From Oscillospiraceae bacterium (GTDB lineage Bacteria > Bacillota > Clostridia > Oscillospirales > Acutalibacteraceae): a stretch of DNA of 64,000 bases. The stretch is from positions 12,690-76,689 of the forward strand of contig JAISNY010000016.1 of assembly GCA_031275995.1 (NCBI GenBank), in the 5' to 3' direction. This document shows positions 40,105-49,944 of this stretch, in pieces; the stretch's first letter is position 1, and each line of letters begins with the position of its first letter. Made by a program: the position numbers and the translations under genes. Under the pieces are notes generated by a model. The model was not told the origin of the DNA, ran no database searches, and saw only the letters and a program-made list of their open reading frames with translations.

Positions 40105-42741
40105 ATGGGCAGATTTGTCTATTCATTTTCAGAATCGGGAGAAGTGATAAAAAAATCAGACGATGAAAAATTAGAAAGTATGCGCTCTTTGCTTGGCGGC
40201 AAGGGGTTCCATTTGGCAAAGATGAGTTCTATGGGTTTGTCGGTTCCGTGTGGATTTACTATAACAACAGAAGCTTGCAAAAATTATTATGAAAATAATA
40301 AAGTTCTTTGCCCTAAAATTATTACAGAAATTTATGAATCGGTTAAAAAGCTGGAAGTTTCTTCAAATAAATCTTTTTTCCATTTGGATCAATATAGCGC
40401 GAATAAATTCCCGCTTTTAGTTTCTGTGCGCTCTGGCGCGCGAAGCTCTATGCCCGGGATGATGGATACAATTCTTAATATTGGCATGAACCGAATAGTT
40501 GCCGAAAGATTACTTTCTCATATCAAAGATGAAGTTTTTGTTTTAGATGTATATATCAGGTTTTTGCAGATGTTCTCGGAGATAGTCGGTGAAGTTTCAA
40601 AATCGGAGCTTGATTTTTATAATGGGCGTGCTTCAGAGGACAAAGTTAGAATTTTTAAAAAGCTTTACGAAAGAAATACCAAAAAAACTTTTCCTGAAGA
40701 ACCGAAAGAGCAATTAATTGAGGCTGTCAAGGCGGTCTTTAGGTCCTGGGAGAACCCTCGTGCAAAATTTTATAGAAAAATGCACGGGATATCTGAAAGT
40801 GAAGGTACGGCAGTCAATGTTCAAATGATGGTATTTGGTAACCTTGGAAAAAATTCAGGTACCGGAGTCGCCTTTAGCCGAAGTCCTATAACCGGAGAAA
40901 AAGGCATTTTCGGGGAATTCCTTGAAAAGGCTCAGGGTGAGGATGTTGTCGCCGGTTTAAGAACCCCCTTGCCGCTAAGTGAATTAAAAAATAAAATGCC
41001 AGAAATTTATTCTGAATTTTCAATGATTTCAGAGTACCTTGAAAATGAATACAGAGATATGCAAGATATCGAGTTTACAGTCGAGCGAGGAAAGCTTTAT
41101 TTACTTCAGACCCGTACCGCAAAGCGCAGCGCGGAGGCAGCTTTGAAAGTTTCTGTTGATTTTGTCAGAGAAGGCAAGACGACTAAACAAGAAGCTGTTT
41201 TGCGTTTAGATCCAGGGCAAATTGAGCGTTCAATGTACCCTTGTTTTGATTACCATGCTTTAAAGAGCGCGAAACTCATTGCTTCCGGGCTTGCAGCTTC
41301 GCCGGGGGTTGCGGTTGGTCGTACGGTTTTTTGTGCTAAAATAGCAAAAGATTTGGTTAATACTGGTGAAAAGGTCATTCTAGTACGAAGAGAAACCTCT
41401 CCTGAAGATATTGAAGGTATGCAGGCCGCTGAAGGGATCTTGACTGCTTGTGGCGGGATAACTTCACATGCGGCCGTTGTTGCAAGAGGTATGGGGCGTT
41501 GTTGCGTGGTTGGTTGTGAAAAAATTAAAGTGGGAGAAACAAGCTTTACGGTTGATGAACTTACAGTTAACGAGGGCGATTTTATTTCTATCGACGGAAG
41601 TTCTGGCAAAGTTTATTTGGGTGAAGTTCAAGCTGTTGGAGCAAAGTTTTCGCCTGATTTTGAGGTTGTTATGTCTTGGGCGGACGAATTGCGCCGGTTG
41701 GGAGTTTATGCCAATGCAGACAGCGCTGCAGACGTGCGGCATGCCCTCAAACTTGGCGCGCAAGGAGTCGGACTTTGCCGAACTGAGCATATGTTCTTTA
41801 AAGAAGAGCGAATAAAAGCAATTCGTGAGATGATTTTGTCAAAGACGGATTTAGAGCGTCAAAGTGCTTTAAAGTGTCTTTTGCCTTTTCAAAAATCCGA
41901 TTTTAAAGAAATATTTTCTGTTTTGGAAAGTAAACCTATAACTATCAGACTGTTGGACCTTCCTTTGCACGAATTTTTGCCGGAATCTGACGAGAGTCTG
42001 GAGCCAATCGCTCATGACCTTGGCGTTAGCAAATCTCAATTGCTTGAAGCTGTTAATTTGCTCAGGGAGTTCAACCCGATGATGGGTCACCGTGGATGCA
42101 GGCTTTTTGTTTCATATCCGGAAATTGCAAAAATGCAAACGCAAGCTATAATTGGAGCGGCTGTCGAGGTCTTTTTTGAATTTGGTTATAAAGTTGAGCC
42201 TGAAATTATGATTCCGTTGGTCGGCGACGTGGAAGAAGTTAGGTTCATAAAAAAAATAATTACAGAAACTGCAGAAAATCTGATTTTGGAATCTCATTGT
42301 GAAAGCTTCGTAAAATATAAGGTAGGAACTATGATCGAGGTCCCGCGAGCTGCTGTTTTGGCTGATAAAATTGCGTCTGAAGTTCAGTTTTTCAGTTTCG
42401 GAACTAACGATTTGACTCAAATGACTTTTGGTTTCAGCCGCGACGACGCTTCTAAGTTTCTTAATAATTATTACGAAAAAAATATTTATAAGTTCGATCC
42501 ATTCAAGCACATTGATTGCGAGGGTGTGGGAGCTTTAATTAAATCTGCCGTAAGAATGGGGCGCAGTATCAATTCGAGGCTTAAAATAGGTGTTTGCGGT
42601 GAGCATGGAGGCGACCCCGAATCTATAAAATTTTTTAATGAACTTAAAGTAGATTACGTTTCATGTTCGCCCTACAGAGTACCCGTTGCGCGTTTAGCTG
42701 CAGCTCAGGCGGAGCTTGCTCGAAACTATAATGTTTTTTAG
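40105..42741 (+). CDS. ppdK: Pyruvate, phosphate dikinase
   Basis: ATP-grasp N-terminus LLGGKGFHLAKM, phosphohistidine motif GGITSHAAVVARGMG and PEP-utilising C-terminus GVCGEHGGDP. I preferred the ATG at 40105 (GAGGGA SD); the open frame extends to a GTG at 40015. Confidence 0.9.
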   Translation: MGRFVYSFSESGEVIKKSDDEKLESMRSLLGGKGFHLAKMSSMGLSVPCGFTITTEACKNYYENNKVLCPKIITEIYESVKKLEVSSNKSFFHLDQYSANKFPLLVSVRSGARSSMPGMMDTILNIGMNRIVAERLLSHIKDEVFVLDVYIRFLQMFSEIVGEVSKSELDFYNGRASEDKVRIFKKLYERNTKKTFPEEPKEQLIEAVKAVFRSWENPRAKFYRKMHGISESEGTAVNVQMMVFGNLGKNSGTGVAFSRSPITGEKGIFGEFLEKAQGEDVVAGLRTPLPLSELKNKMPEIYSEFSMISEYLENEYRDMQDIEFTVERGKLYLLQTRTAKRSAEAALKVSVDFVREGKTTKQEAVLRLDPGQIERSMYPCFDYHALKSAKLIASGLAASPGVAVGRTVFCAKIAKDLVNTGEKVILVRRETSPEDIEGMQAAEGILTACGGITSHAAVVARGMGRCCVVGCEKIKVGETSFTVDELTVNEGDFISIDGSSGKVYLGEVQAVGAKFSPDFEVVMSWADELRRLGVYANADSAADVRHALKLGAQGVGLCRTEHMFFKEERIKAIREMILSKTDLERQSALKCLLPFQKSDFKEIFSVLESKPITIRLLDLPLHEFLPESDESLEPIAHDLGVSKSQLLEAVNLLREFNPMMGHRGCRLFVSYPEIAKMQTQAIIGAAVEVFFEFGYKVEPEIMIPLVGDVEEVRFIKKIITETAENLILESHCESFVKYKVGTMIEVPRAAVLADKIASEVQFFSFGTNDLTQMTFGFSRDDASKFLNNYYEKNIYKFDPFKHIDCEGVGALIKSAVRMGRSINSRLKIGVCGEHGGDPESIKFFNELKVDYVSCSPYRVPVARLAAAQAELARNYNVF

Positions 42742-42759
42742 TTTTAACAGGAGGTATTT

Positions 42760-43605
42760 TTGCTTAAAAATCCAATAGGTGTATTTGATTCCGGAATAGG
42801 AGGGCTTACGGTTTTTAAGGAAATAGTAAGGCTGCTTCCTGACGAAGATGTTGTTTATTTTGGCGATACTGCCAGAATGCCATATGGTGGAAAAAGCATG
42901 GAGATTGTGGAACTTTACACCAAACAGGGAATTGCTTTTTTAAAATCTTGTGGAGCAAAATTAATTGTTACTGCTTGCGGCACGGTTAGTACTGTTTTAC
43001 TAAAAAATAGAATCTATTTCGACGAAGAAGAAAGTCAGGTTGAGTTGTTGGGCATTGTAGAGCCTTCTTGCAGGGCGGCCGTCGCAAAGGCGTGGAACGG
43101 CAAAATAGGAGTTATAGGAACGACTGTAGCTATTGAAAGTGGAAAATATGAAGATGTTATAGGTTCGATTAACCCTAACATTGAAGTATTCAAGGCTGCT
43201 TGTCCCCTACTTGCTCCGCTCATAGAAAGTCGGTTTTCAGACGAAAATGACGAGACGTTCTATCGTGTTTCAGCTTCTTACATAGAGCCTCTTTTGAAAC
43301 ATGGTATATCCGTGCTTATCCTTGGATGTACGCACTATCCGATAATTAAAAATATAATTTCCGAGATCGCTCCCAATCTTGTTTTAATTGATTCAGGTTT
43401 CGAAACCGCTTTTGCTTTGCAGCAAAAAATCTTAGATTCTGGATATATTTCGAAAACTTCACACGGCAATTACGAATTTTTTGTTAGTGATATTCCCGAA
43501 CATTTCATAAAAAATTCGGAATTGTTTCTGGGAACCAAAATAAATGGGAAAGTACGAAGAGTTGATGTCACAAAAGTCTTGGAATATGATTTCAAAAAGT
43601 TTTAA
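42760..43605 (+). CDS. murI: Glutamate racemase
   Basis: IGVFDSGIGGLTV, with catalytic Cys motifs TACGT and LGCTHYP. Confidence 0.9.
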   Translation: MLKNPIGVFDSGIGGLTVFKEIVRLLPDEDVVYFGDTARMPYGGKSMEIVELYTKQGIAFLKSCGAKLIVTACGTVSTVLLKNRIYFDEEESQVELLGIVEPSCRAAVAKAWNGKIGVIGTTVAIESGKYEDVIGSINPNIEVFKAACPLLAPLIESRFSDENDETFYRVSASYIEPLLKHGISVLILGCTHYPIIKNIISEIAPNLVLIDSGFETAFALQQKILDSGYISKTSHGNYEFFVSDIPEHFIKNSELFLGTKINGKVRRVDVTKVLEYDFKKF

Positions 43606-43669
43606 AATAATCTGAGGAAGTTTTATTAAGTTAGTCTCTGATTTTTCAGATTAGATTTTATTTATTATT

Positions 43670-44596
43670 TTGGAGTATGTTTTGAACAACCTCGAGGTGG
43701 AGCTTGGCGTTTGGAAGCTTGAAAATCCGGTAATACCTGCAAGCGGTACTTTTGGATTTGGCCATGAATTTGCGCAGTGGTTTGATCTCAATATTTTAGG
43801 CAGTATAAGTTTGAAGGGAACTACTTTGGAGCCTCGCTTTGGTAACCCAACGCCGCGTGTTGCGGAATGCTCTTCGGGTATGCTTAATTCGATAGGATTA
43901 CAAAATCCTGGTGTGGAAGCCGTGATAAACCAAGAATTGCCTAAGCTTTTCAGATGCTTTAATAAGAAAGTAATTGCCAATGTAGCGGGAAATTCAATTG
44001 AAGAATATTTAAAAGTTGCTTCGATGTTTGATAAGGTGCCGCAGGTAGCGGTTCTTGAGGTAAATTTAAGCTGTCCCAACGTAAAAATTGGCGGAATGTC
44101 TTTTGGTGTTTCTGTGGATTCAGTTAGAAATATATGTTTTGCTTTAAAAAAGATTGTGAATAAACCTATCTTTGTTAAACTTTCTCCAAATGTTACAAAT
44201 ATTTCCGATATTGCCGTTGCTGCGGAAGATTCTGGGGCGGATGGTCTTGTGCTTATAAATTGTTTGCTGGGATGCGCAATTAATCCGATAAGCGGTAAGT
44301 TTGTTGTTTCCACCAAATTTGCGGGTTTCTCTGGCCCTGCCATTAAACCTGTAGCGCTTAGGATGGTAGCTGAAGTTTATTCTAAAGTGAAAATTCCGAT
44401 AATTGGTGTTGGGGGTATAACTTGTGCCGACGACGTTATTGAATTCCTTTCAGCTGGCGCTTCTGCCGTGGAAGTGGGTACTCAAAACCTTGTTGACCCG
44501 CGTGCGTGTTTCAATATAATAAAAGAAATTCCAAATAAGATGAAAAATTACGGAATAAAAACTTTAAGAAGTATAATCGGAAGGAGCCATTCCTAA
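43670..44596 (+). CDS. pyrD: Dihydroorotate dehydrogenase, class 1 catalytic subunit
   Basis: NPVIPASGTFGFG, LEVNLSCPNV and IIGVGGI. No pyrK lies upstream in this window. Confidence 0.9.
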   Translation: MEYVLNNLEVELGVWKLENPVIPASGTFGFGHEFAQWFDLNILGSISLKGTTLEPRFGNPTPRVAECSSGMLNSIGLQNPGVEAVINQELPKLFRCFNKKVIANVAGNSIEEYLKVASMFDKVPQVAVLEVNLSCPNVKIGGMSFGVSVDSVRNICFALKKIVNKPIFVKLSPNVTNISDIAVAAEDSGADGLVLINCLLGCAINPISGKFVVSTKFAGFSGPAIKPVALRMVAEVYSKVKIPIIGVGGITCADDVIEFLSAGASAVEVGTQNLVDPRACFNIIKEIPNKMKNYGIKTLRSIIGRSHS

Positions 44597-44830
44597 AAGT
44601 GAGGTTTTATTATGGGAAAAGAGGTAATAATTGCATGCGATTTTCCTGATAGGCAGCGGCTTTTTATTTTTTTGAATAAGTTTTTAGACCGCATAAAAAC
44701 TTTAAGAAGTATAATCGGAAGGAGCCATTCCTAAAAGTGAGGTTTTATTATGGGAAAAGAGGTAATAATTGCATGCGATTTTCCTGATAGGCAGCGGCTT
44801 TTTACTTTTTTGAATAAGTTTTTAGACCGC
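44555..44830. repeat. Tandem direct duplication, 2 x 138 bp with 1 mismatch, spanning the pyrD 3' end, the intergenic RBS and the pyrF 5' end
   Basis: 44555-44692 equals 44693-44830 except T at 44667 versus C at 44805. I read this base by base. Confidence 0.95.
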
Positions 44831-45430
44831 AGGCCATTTTTAAAAGTAGGGATGGAGCTTTTTTATTCAGAAGGTCCAGATCTTATAAGAGTTCTTAAAT
44901 CTAATGGTTTTAGAGTTTTTCTTGATTTGAAATTGTATGATATTCCTAATACCGTTGGCAGAACCATTAAAAATTTGGTGAATCTTGAAGTTGAATTTAT
45001 CAGTATTCATGCGTCCGGCGGGAAAGATATGATGCTTGCCGCCAAAGAATCAGCTTGCGGAAGAGGTACAAAACTTTTAGCGGTGACTATTCTTACCAGT
45101 ATTTCGCAATGTCATCTTAAAAGTGAACTGTTAATAGAGAATACTCTTGATGAATCTGTGAAGCATTTTGCCAAAATTGCCTACGCGTGCGGAATCGACG
45201 GAATTGTGTGTTCGCCTTTCGAGGTCGAAATTGTAAAAACTTCTTTTAACGATCTTTTATGTGTAACTCCAGGAATAAGATATTTTAACGAAACCGACGA
45301 TCAGAAACGTTTTGCTCAACCCGCTCAAGCAAAAGAATTTGGCAGTGATCTGATCGTTGTAGGCCGCCCCATTACAGGTGCGGTTGATCCGGTTGAATCT
45401 TATGAAAAAATCAAAAGTGAATTTATCTAA
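44750..45430 (+). CDS. pyrF: Orotidine-5'-phosphate decarboxylase
   Basis: IIACDF, FLDLKLYDIPNTV and VVGRPIT motifs. It starts in the second copy of the 138-bp duplication. Confidence 0.92.
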   Translation: MGKEVIIACDFPDRQRLFTFLNKFLDRRPFLKVGMELFYSEGPDLIRVLKSNGFRVFLDLKLYDIPNTVGRTIKNLVNLEVEFISIHASGGKDMMLAAKESACGRGTKLLAVTILTSISQCHLKSELLIENTLDESVKHFAKIAYACGIDGIVCSPFEVEIVKTSFNDLLCVTPGIRYFNETDDQKRFAQPAQAKEFGSDLIVVGRPITGAVDPVESYEKIKSEFI

Positions 45431-45583
45431 CAAAATGTTTTGCTCTTCGATACTACAGTAAATTGATTTATAAGAATCTTAACTTTGATGATTGTTAGAT
45501 GATTTGGTAGGATATTTGGGAAATCTGAAAATGGTTCTCACATGAAATGAAATTTATTTTAATAATATTAATCAAATTAATAA

Positions 45584-45604
45584 CCCGCCTTCCAAGAAGG
45601 CGGT
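45584..45604. terminator. Putative bidirectional terminator hairpin between pyrF and the small peptide gene
   Basis: CCGCCTTC-caa-GAAGGCGG is an 8-bp GC-rich stem. The T-rich tract on the minus side (GTTATTAATTTG) is weak. Confidence 0.45.
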
Positions 45605-45630
45605 AACGGATTACTTTAAATCAATTTTGA

Positions 45631-45747
45631 CTATTGACCGCATCCGCAGCTGCCGTTATTGTCGTTGTTGTCGCCCAACAAGCATGAAAGAAGCAACACA
45701 GTCATTAATGTAGAGCATGAATTGTTGCCGCCGAATAAATTGCGCAT
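45631..45747 (-). CDS. Unannotated 38-aa Cys/Gly/Asn-rich peptide with a hydrophobic core (MRNLFGGNNSCSTLMTVLLLSCLLGDNNDNNGSCGCGQ)
   Basis: ATG at 45747 preceded by GGGGGA at 7-nt spacing, TAG stop at 45631-45633, and a GC hairpin about 27 nt downstream. It is too short for the ORF track. Confidence 0.5.
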   Translation of the reverse strand: MRNLFGGNNSCSTLMTVLLLSCLLGDNNDNNGSCGCGQ

Positions 45748-45815
45748 AAGGTAATCCCCCTTGAGTTTGATATAGTATAATATTCGGTGTGGTAAAAATT
45801 GTTGCATCCTGAATT

Positions 45816-46889
45816 TTAAAAAATTTCTGAAATTATTTTTTCCGTGACTTTATCGATGGCTTCGAAGTCCATGGCTTTGATGTAAAAGCTTTCCAGTTCA
45901 TCGTGGATTTCTTTAGCTTCTTTCATCACAGATATAGCTTCAGCAATAAGAGAGCTTTCTGTTTTTTTGTTAAAATCACTGTAATAACTTTCTTGGCCGT
46001 CATATAAAAATCTTTTGGCATAAATTTTTTTGGTTTCTATTTTTTCTGAAATTGAATGCCAGAGGTTTGAAATCACTACTGCCGTATTTAGCTCGGGGAA
46101 CAACAGGCTTTCCAGTCTTTCGTTAAGTGAAAGTGGATTAAAACATGTTATAACATCAAAACCATGATTCAATGCGTCCGACCTTACTATCCTCAAAAGA
46201 AGGTCACCTGCGATTCCATGCTGGTCTACGATTTCGTAAATATTTTCAAATCGCTTTAGATTATCTTCGTAAAAAATTATCCCTTGCGGTGAAATTGCGC
46301 TTATGAAACGTAAGTATTCTTTAGATTCCTTCGCTGGGGTTTCTGTGAAAATTTTTTTGGATAACTTCTTTGCGTAAGATTTTATTTTTCCAAAATCAAT
46401 TTTATTTATTTCTGTTTCTGTTGTATCGCTGTTTATTGCACCGTAAGATGCAAGATACTTTTTTGCTTTTGAGTGGAGTTCAACGTTGGCATTATTGCTG
46501 CCGATGATTTTTTCTCTGGAAGAGCGGAGTAATTTTGGGTTCCAGAATTCTCCTAGGTTAATGATATGTTCTACTGCTCCTGGATAAATAGGGTCCATGC
46601 TATGAGGCGCTGTACCGTCTATAACACATGTTTTAAGTTCTGGTAAAACTACTCCGTCCAAAGAATCGGGGTCTGAAGAACAGTAAATGTATTGAGTTTC
46701 TGTTTTATTTTTTACTCCCGCTTCCGCTACTTTTTTAATTAAATTTGATTTTCCGCATCCTGGACTTCCTTTTAAGATACGGCAGTACCAGCCGTCCTTA
46801 GGTTCGTAGAGCGAGTCAAACTTGGAGTAAAATCCGCGAGGCGAACTAGATCCAAGAAAAAAACGCATCGTCTTTGAGTTTTTTGCCAT
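45816..46889 (-). CDS. P-loop NTPase of unknown function (resembles the Firmicutes PRK06851-type family)
   Basis: Walker A KGSPGCGKSNL, then CSSDPDSLDGVV and DGTAPH, as in the conserved Bacillus/Clostridium hypothetical ATPases I recall. Confidence 0.6.
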   Translation of the reverse strand: MAKNSKTMRFFLGSSSPRGFYSKFDSLYEPKDGWYCRILKGSPGCGKSNLIKKVAEAGVKNKTETQYIYCSSDPDSLDGVVLPELKTCVIDGTAPHSMDPIYPGAVEHIINLGEFWNPKLLRSSREKIIGSNNANVELHSKAKKYLASYGAINSDTTETEINKIDFGKIKSYAKKLSKKIFTETPAKESKEYLRFISAISPQGIIFYEDNLKRFENIYEIVDQHGIAGDLLLRIVRSDALNHGFDVITCFNPLSLNERLESLLFPELNTAVVISNLWHSISEKIETKKIYAKRFLYDGQESYYSDFNKKTESSLIAEAISVMKEAKEIHDELESFYIKAMDFEAIDKVTEKIISEIF

Positions 46890-47017
46890 GATATTTTTTC
46901 ATTACCTCCTTAAAATCAACCTATTCAAATTATTTGAAAATTGTGAATTTAAAAATTATTGATTTTATGGTTCCTTTTAACTGAAAATTAAAAAATCAAA
47001 AAAATACTTGCATTTTT

Positions 47018-47046
47018 AAAAAGGTTTTGATACACTTACTTCGAAA
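47018..47046 (+). promoter_or_regulatory. Sigma70-like promoter of the S10 operon
   Basis: TTGCAT (47018-47023), a 17-nt spacer and TACACT (47041-47046), about 78 nt upstream of rpsJ. Confidence 0.5.
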
Positions 47047-47123
47047 AATCTTGTGCCTTAATTAAAGATAGTCGCAGAATTTACGGCTGCTTTTTTTGGC
47101 CTCAATTTAGGTGGTGTACTACG

Positions 47124-47432
47124 TTGTCAGCAGGGAAAATTAGAATACGTCTTAAAGCTTACGATCATGGTTTATTGGATCAATCTGCAGAAAAGATTAT
47201 TGGGACGGCACAACGGACAGGCGCGCAAGTTCGCGGGCCCATTCCGTTGCCTACTGAGAAGCAGATTATAACTATTTTGCGTTCGACTCAAATCAATAAG
47301 GATAGTCGTGAACAGTTTGAGATGCGTACTCATAAAAGGTTGATTGATGTTTGGAATTCGAACGATAAGACGGTTGAGTCTCTTAGTAATTTAGGGTTGC
47401 CTGCGGGTGTTGATATCAACATAAAAATTTGA
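47124..47432 (+). CDS. rpsJ: 30S ribosomal protein S10
   Basis: [17 protein letters not shown]...GPIPLPT. TTG start after TAGGTGG. Confidence 0.95.
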   Translation: MSAGKIRIRLKAYDHGLLDQSAEKIIGTAQRTGAQVRGPIPLPTEKQIITILRSTQINKDSREQFEMRTHKRLIDVWNSNDKTVESLSNLGLPAGVDINIKI

Positions 47433-47469
47433 GTTTTACAGTTAAATCATTTGTATGGGAGGTTTTAGA

Positions 47470-48108
47470 ATGCTAAAGGCTATTATTGGGAAAAAAGTCG
47501 GTATGACTCATATTTTTGACGAAGGCGGGAGTTTTGTACCGGTTACGGTTATAGAGGCTGGGCCGTGCGTAGTTTCGGCGCGAAAGACTCCTGAACTTGA
47601 TGGATATTCGGCTGTTCAACTTGGTTTTGGTGTTCCTAAAATGAGCCGCGTAAAGAAGCCGCTTAGAGGGTTCTTTGAAAAATCACAGGTTGCTCCTAAG
47701 AAGTTTTTAAAGGAGTTCAGGGCCGAAAGTTTGGAAGGTATTAGTGTGGGAGACGTTGTAAAAAGCGACGTATTTGCGGTTGGAGAACGTGTAGATGTTG
47801 TTGGCAAAAGCAAAGGTAAAGGTTATGCTGGCGTTATTAAGCGGTGGAATTTTAGACGTTTGAAAGAGACTCATGGTTCTGGGCCCGTTGTTAGGCACGG
47901 GGGCTCTATAGGTATGTGTTCTGATCCATCTCGTGTATTTAAGGGCAAAAAGATGGCGGGCCGTTTGGGCGGCGGACGTGTTACCGTTAAGAATTTGAGA
48001 GTTGTTAAGGTTGATTCCGAAAAAAATTTTATCGCGGTTTGTGGCGCTGTTCCCGGGGCAAACGGCGGGATTGTTTATTTAACCGACAGTGCTGGAAGGA
48101 GGGGTTAG
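47470..48108 (+). CDS. rplC: 50S ribosomal protein L3
   Basis: MLKAIIGKKVGMTHIF... I chose the ATG at 47470, which is preceded by GGGAGG. Confidence 0.95.
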   Translation: MLKAIIGKKVGMTHIFDEGGSFVPVTVIEAGPCVVSARKTPELDGYSAVQLGFGVPKMSRVKKPLRGFFEKSQVAPKKFLKEFRAESLEGISVGDVVKSDVFAVGERVDVVGKSKGKGYAGVIKRWNFRRLKETHGSGPVVRHGGSIGMCSDPSRVFKGKKMAGRLGGGRVTVKNLRVVKVDSEKNFIAVCGAVPGANGGIVYLTDSAGRRG

Positions 48109-48109
48109 G

Positions 48110-48733
48110 TTGCTTGTAACTAGGGTGTTGAATATGGTTGGAGAGCAAGTTGGAGAAATTAATCTCTCCGAGTCTGTCTTCGGTGTGACTCCGAATGAAT
48201 CGGTGATGCATTCTGCGGTTGTTTGTTTTTTAGCAGGTCAGCGGCGTGGAACTAAATCAACGCTGACTCGCGCAGAGGTTTCAGGTGGAGGCAAAAAGCC
48301 TTGGCGTCAAAAAGGTACAGGGCACGCGAGGCAAGGTTCAACCAGAGCTCCACAGTGGAGACACGGTGGTGTAGTTTTTGCTCCCAAACCTCGTGATTTT
48401 TCTGTTTCAATCAATAAAAAAGTTAGAAGACTTGCTATTAAATCGGCCTTTTCTCTTAAATTTTCGAGAAACGAGTTAATAGTTTTGGAAGATTTGCGTA
48501 TGAATTCTGTTAAAACCAAGCATATGTCAAAAATTTTGCATTCAGTTGGGGCGCTTGGTAAGTCGTTGGTGATTTTGCCTGAAGTCGATGAGATTCTGAT
48601 AAAATCGGCGATGAATCTGGAAGGTGTGATTACTTCTCAAGTCCAGAATTTGAATGTTTATAATCTTATATATTCGGGTGTTTTGGTTATTCCCCGTGCT
48701 GCCATTACCAAAATAGAGGGGGTGTATGCTTGA
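48110..48733 (+). CDS. rplD: 50S ribosomal protein L4
   Basis: uL4 sequence (GGGKKPWRQKGTGHARQGS). I chose the TTG at 48110, downstream of GGAAGGAGGGG. Confidence 0.93.
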   Translation: MLVTRVLNMVGEQVGEINLSESVFGVTPNESVMHSAVVCFLAGQRRGTKSTLTRAEVSGGGKKPWRQKGTGHARQGSTRAPQWRHGGVVFAPKPRDFSVSINKKVRRLAIKSAFSLKFSRNELIVLEDLRMNSVKTKHMSKILHSVGALGKSLVILPEVDEILIKSAMNLEGVITSQVQNLNVYNLIYSGVLVIPRAAITKIEGVYA

Positions 48734-49023
48734 TGAGGGCGCATGATGTATTGATCAGGCCTATAATTTCAGAAAAGTCAACTCGGGGTGTTTCTGAGCA
48801 AAAGTATTCTTTCAAGGTTTGTAAGAACGTTGGTAAAATTGAAATTAAGCGTGCGGTTGAAGAAGTTTTTGGGGTTAAGGTGGCTAAAGTTAACACGCTC
48901 AATGTTCGAGGACGGGCTAAACGTAAGGGGCATACCGTTGGTTTTACTTCTTCTTGGAAGAAAGCAGTTGTTTCCTTAAGACCCGGTCAAAAGGGCATTG
49001 AGTTTTTTGACACTATGATTTAA
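48730..49023 (+). CDS. rplW: 50S ribosomal protein L23
   Basis: DVLIRPIISEKST...KYSFKV... The start (TTG 48730 or ATG 48733) overlaps the rplD stop. Confidence 0.93.
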   Translation: MMRAHDVLIRPIISEKSTRGVSEQKYSFKVCKNVGKIEIKRAVEEVFGVKVAKVNTLNVRGRAKRKGHTVGFTSSWKKAVVSLRPGQKGIEFFDTMI

Positions 49024-49094
49024 ATTGATGATAGTGCAATTGGGGTATTTTCAAAGCAAATTGGAATTCATTTAAAAAGAGGGGTGTGGAACAA

Positions 49095-49925
49095 GTGGGA
49101 ATCAAGAGTTACAGGCCTGTTACGCCTTCACGCCGTGGCATGACGGTTATGGATTTTGTTGAAATCTCCGGCAGTCCGCCGCAGAAGAAGTTGCTTAGGC
49201 CACTAAAAAAGCATGCCGGTCGTAACAATTTGGGAAGGATTACGGTTCGCCACAGGGGCGGTGGAAATAGGCGCAAGTATAGACTTATTGATTTTAAGCG
49301 CAGGGTTTTAGGCGGCGGAACGGTTCGCAGTTTAGAATATGATCCTAATCGTTCGGCTAACATCGCTTTAGTAGAACATAGTGATGGCAGATTTAGTTAT
49401 ATTTTGGCTCCATTGGGTCTGACCGTGGGGCAGCGGCTCGATGTTGGTGAGGAAGCGGATATAAAACCTGGAAATGCGCTTCTTTTAAAAGATGTCCCTG
49501 TAGGAACTTTTGTTCATAATATTGAGCTTTATCCCGGTCGGGGAGGGCAATTGGTTCGTTCTGCCGGTGCCATGGCTCAGCTAATGGCTAAGGAAAATGG
49601 TTTGGCGTTGTTGCGGCTCCCTTCTGGTGAGTTACGTAATGTTTCACAAAATTGTGCGGCGACCGTTGGGCAAGTTGGAAATTTAGATTATGAAAATGTG
49701 AAAATAGGTAAGGCCGGCCGGAAAAGGCACATGGGTTGGCGTCCTCAAGTGCGTGGTTCGGTGATGAATCCGTGCGATCATCCGCATGGCGGTGGCGAGG
49801 GTAAGTCTCCTATCGGTAGAAGCGGTCCTTTAACGCCTTGGGGAAAGCCTACGCTTGGGTACAAAACAAGAAAACGTAACAAAATTTCCGACAAAATGAT
49901 TGTTAAGCGACGTGGCAGCAAGTGA
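49095..49925 (+). CDS. rplB: 50S ribosomal protein L2
   Basis: [15 protein letters not shown]...[16 protein letters not shown]...HPHGGGEG. I preferred the GTG at 49095 for its SD spacing; the ORF opens at 49086. Confidence 0.94.
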   Translation: MGIKSYRPVTPSRRGMTVMDFVEISGSPPQKKLLRPLKKHAGRNNLGRITVRHRGGGNRRKYRLIDFKRRVLGGGTVRSLEYDPNRSANIALVEHSDGRFSYILAPLGLTVGQRLDVGEEADIKPGNALLLKDVPVGTFVHNIELYPGRGGQLVRSAGAMAQLMAKENGLALLRLPSGELRNVSQNCAATVGQVGNLDYENVKIGKAGRKRHMGWRPQVRGSVMNPCDHPHGGGEGKSPIGRSGPLTPWGKPTLGYKTRKRNKISDKMIVKRRGSK

Positions 49926-49944
49926 ATTTAATTGAAGGGGTTGA

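Noticed and set aside
43651-44343. A 230-aa minus-strand ORF
   Set aside because: It lies antisense to pyrD, whose identity is unambiguous. It has no SD or recognisable motifs, so it is a shadow ORF.
47047-47123. A possible L4-type attenuator hairpin in the S10 leader (GCAG-aatttacgg-CTGC-TTTTTTT)
   Set aside because: The stem is only 4 bp, too weak to call as a terminator or attenuator without covariation or experimental data.
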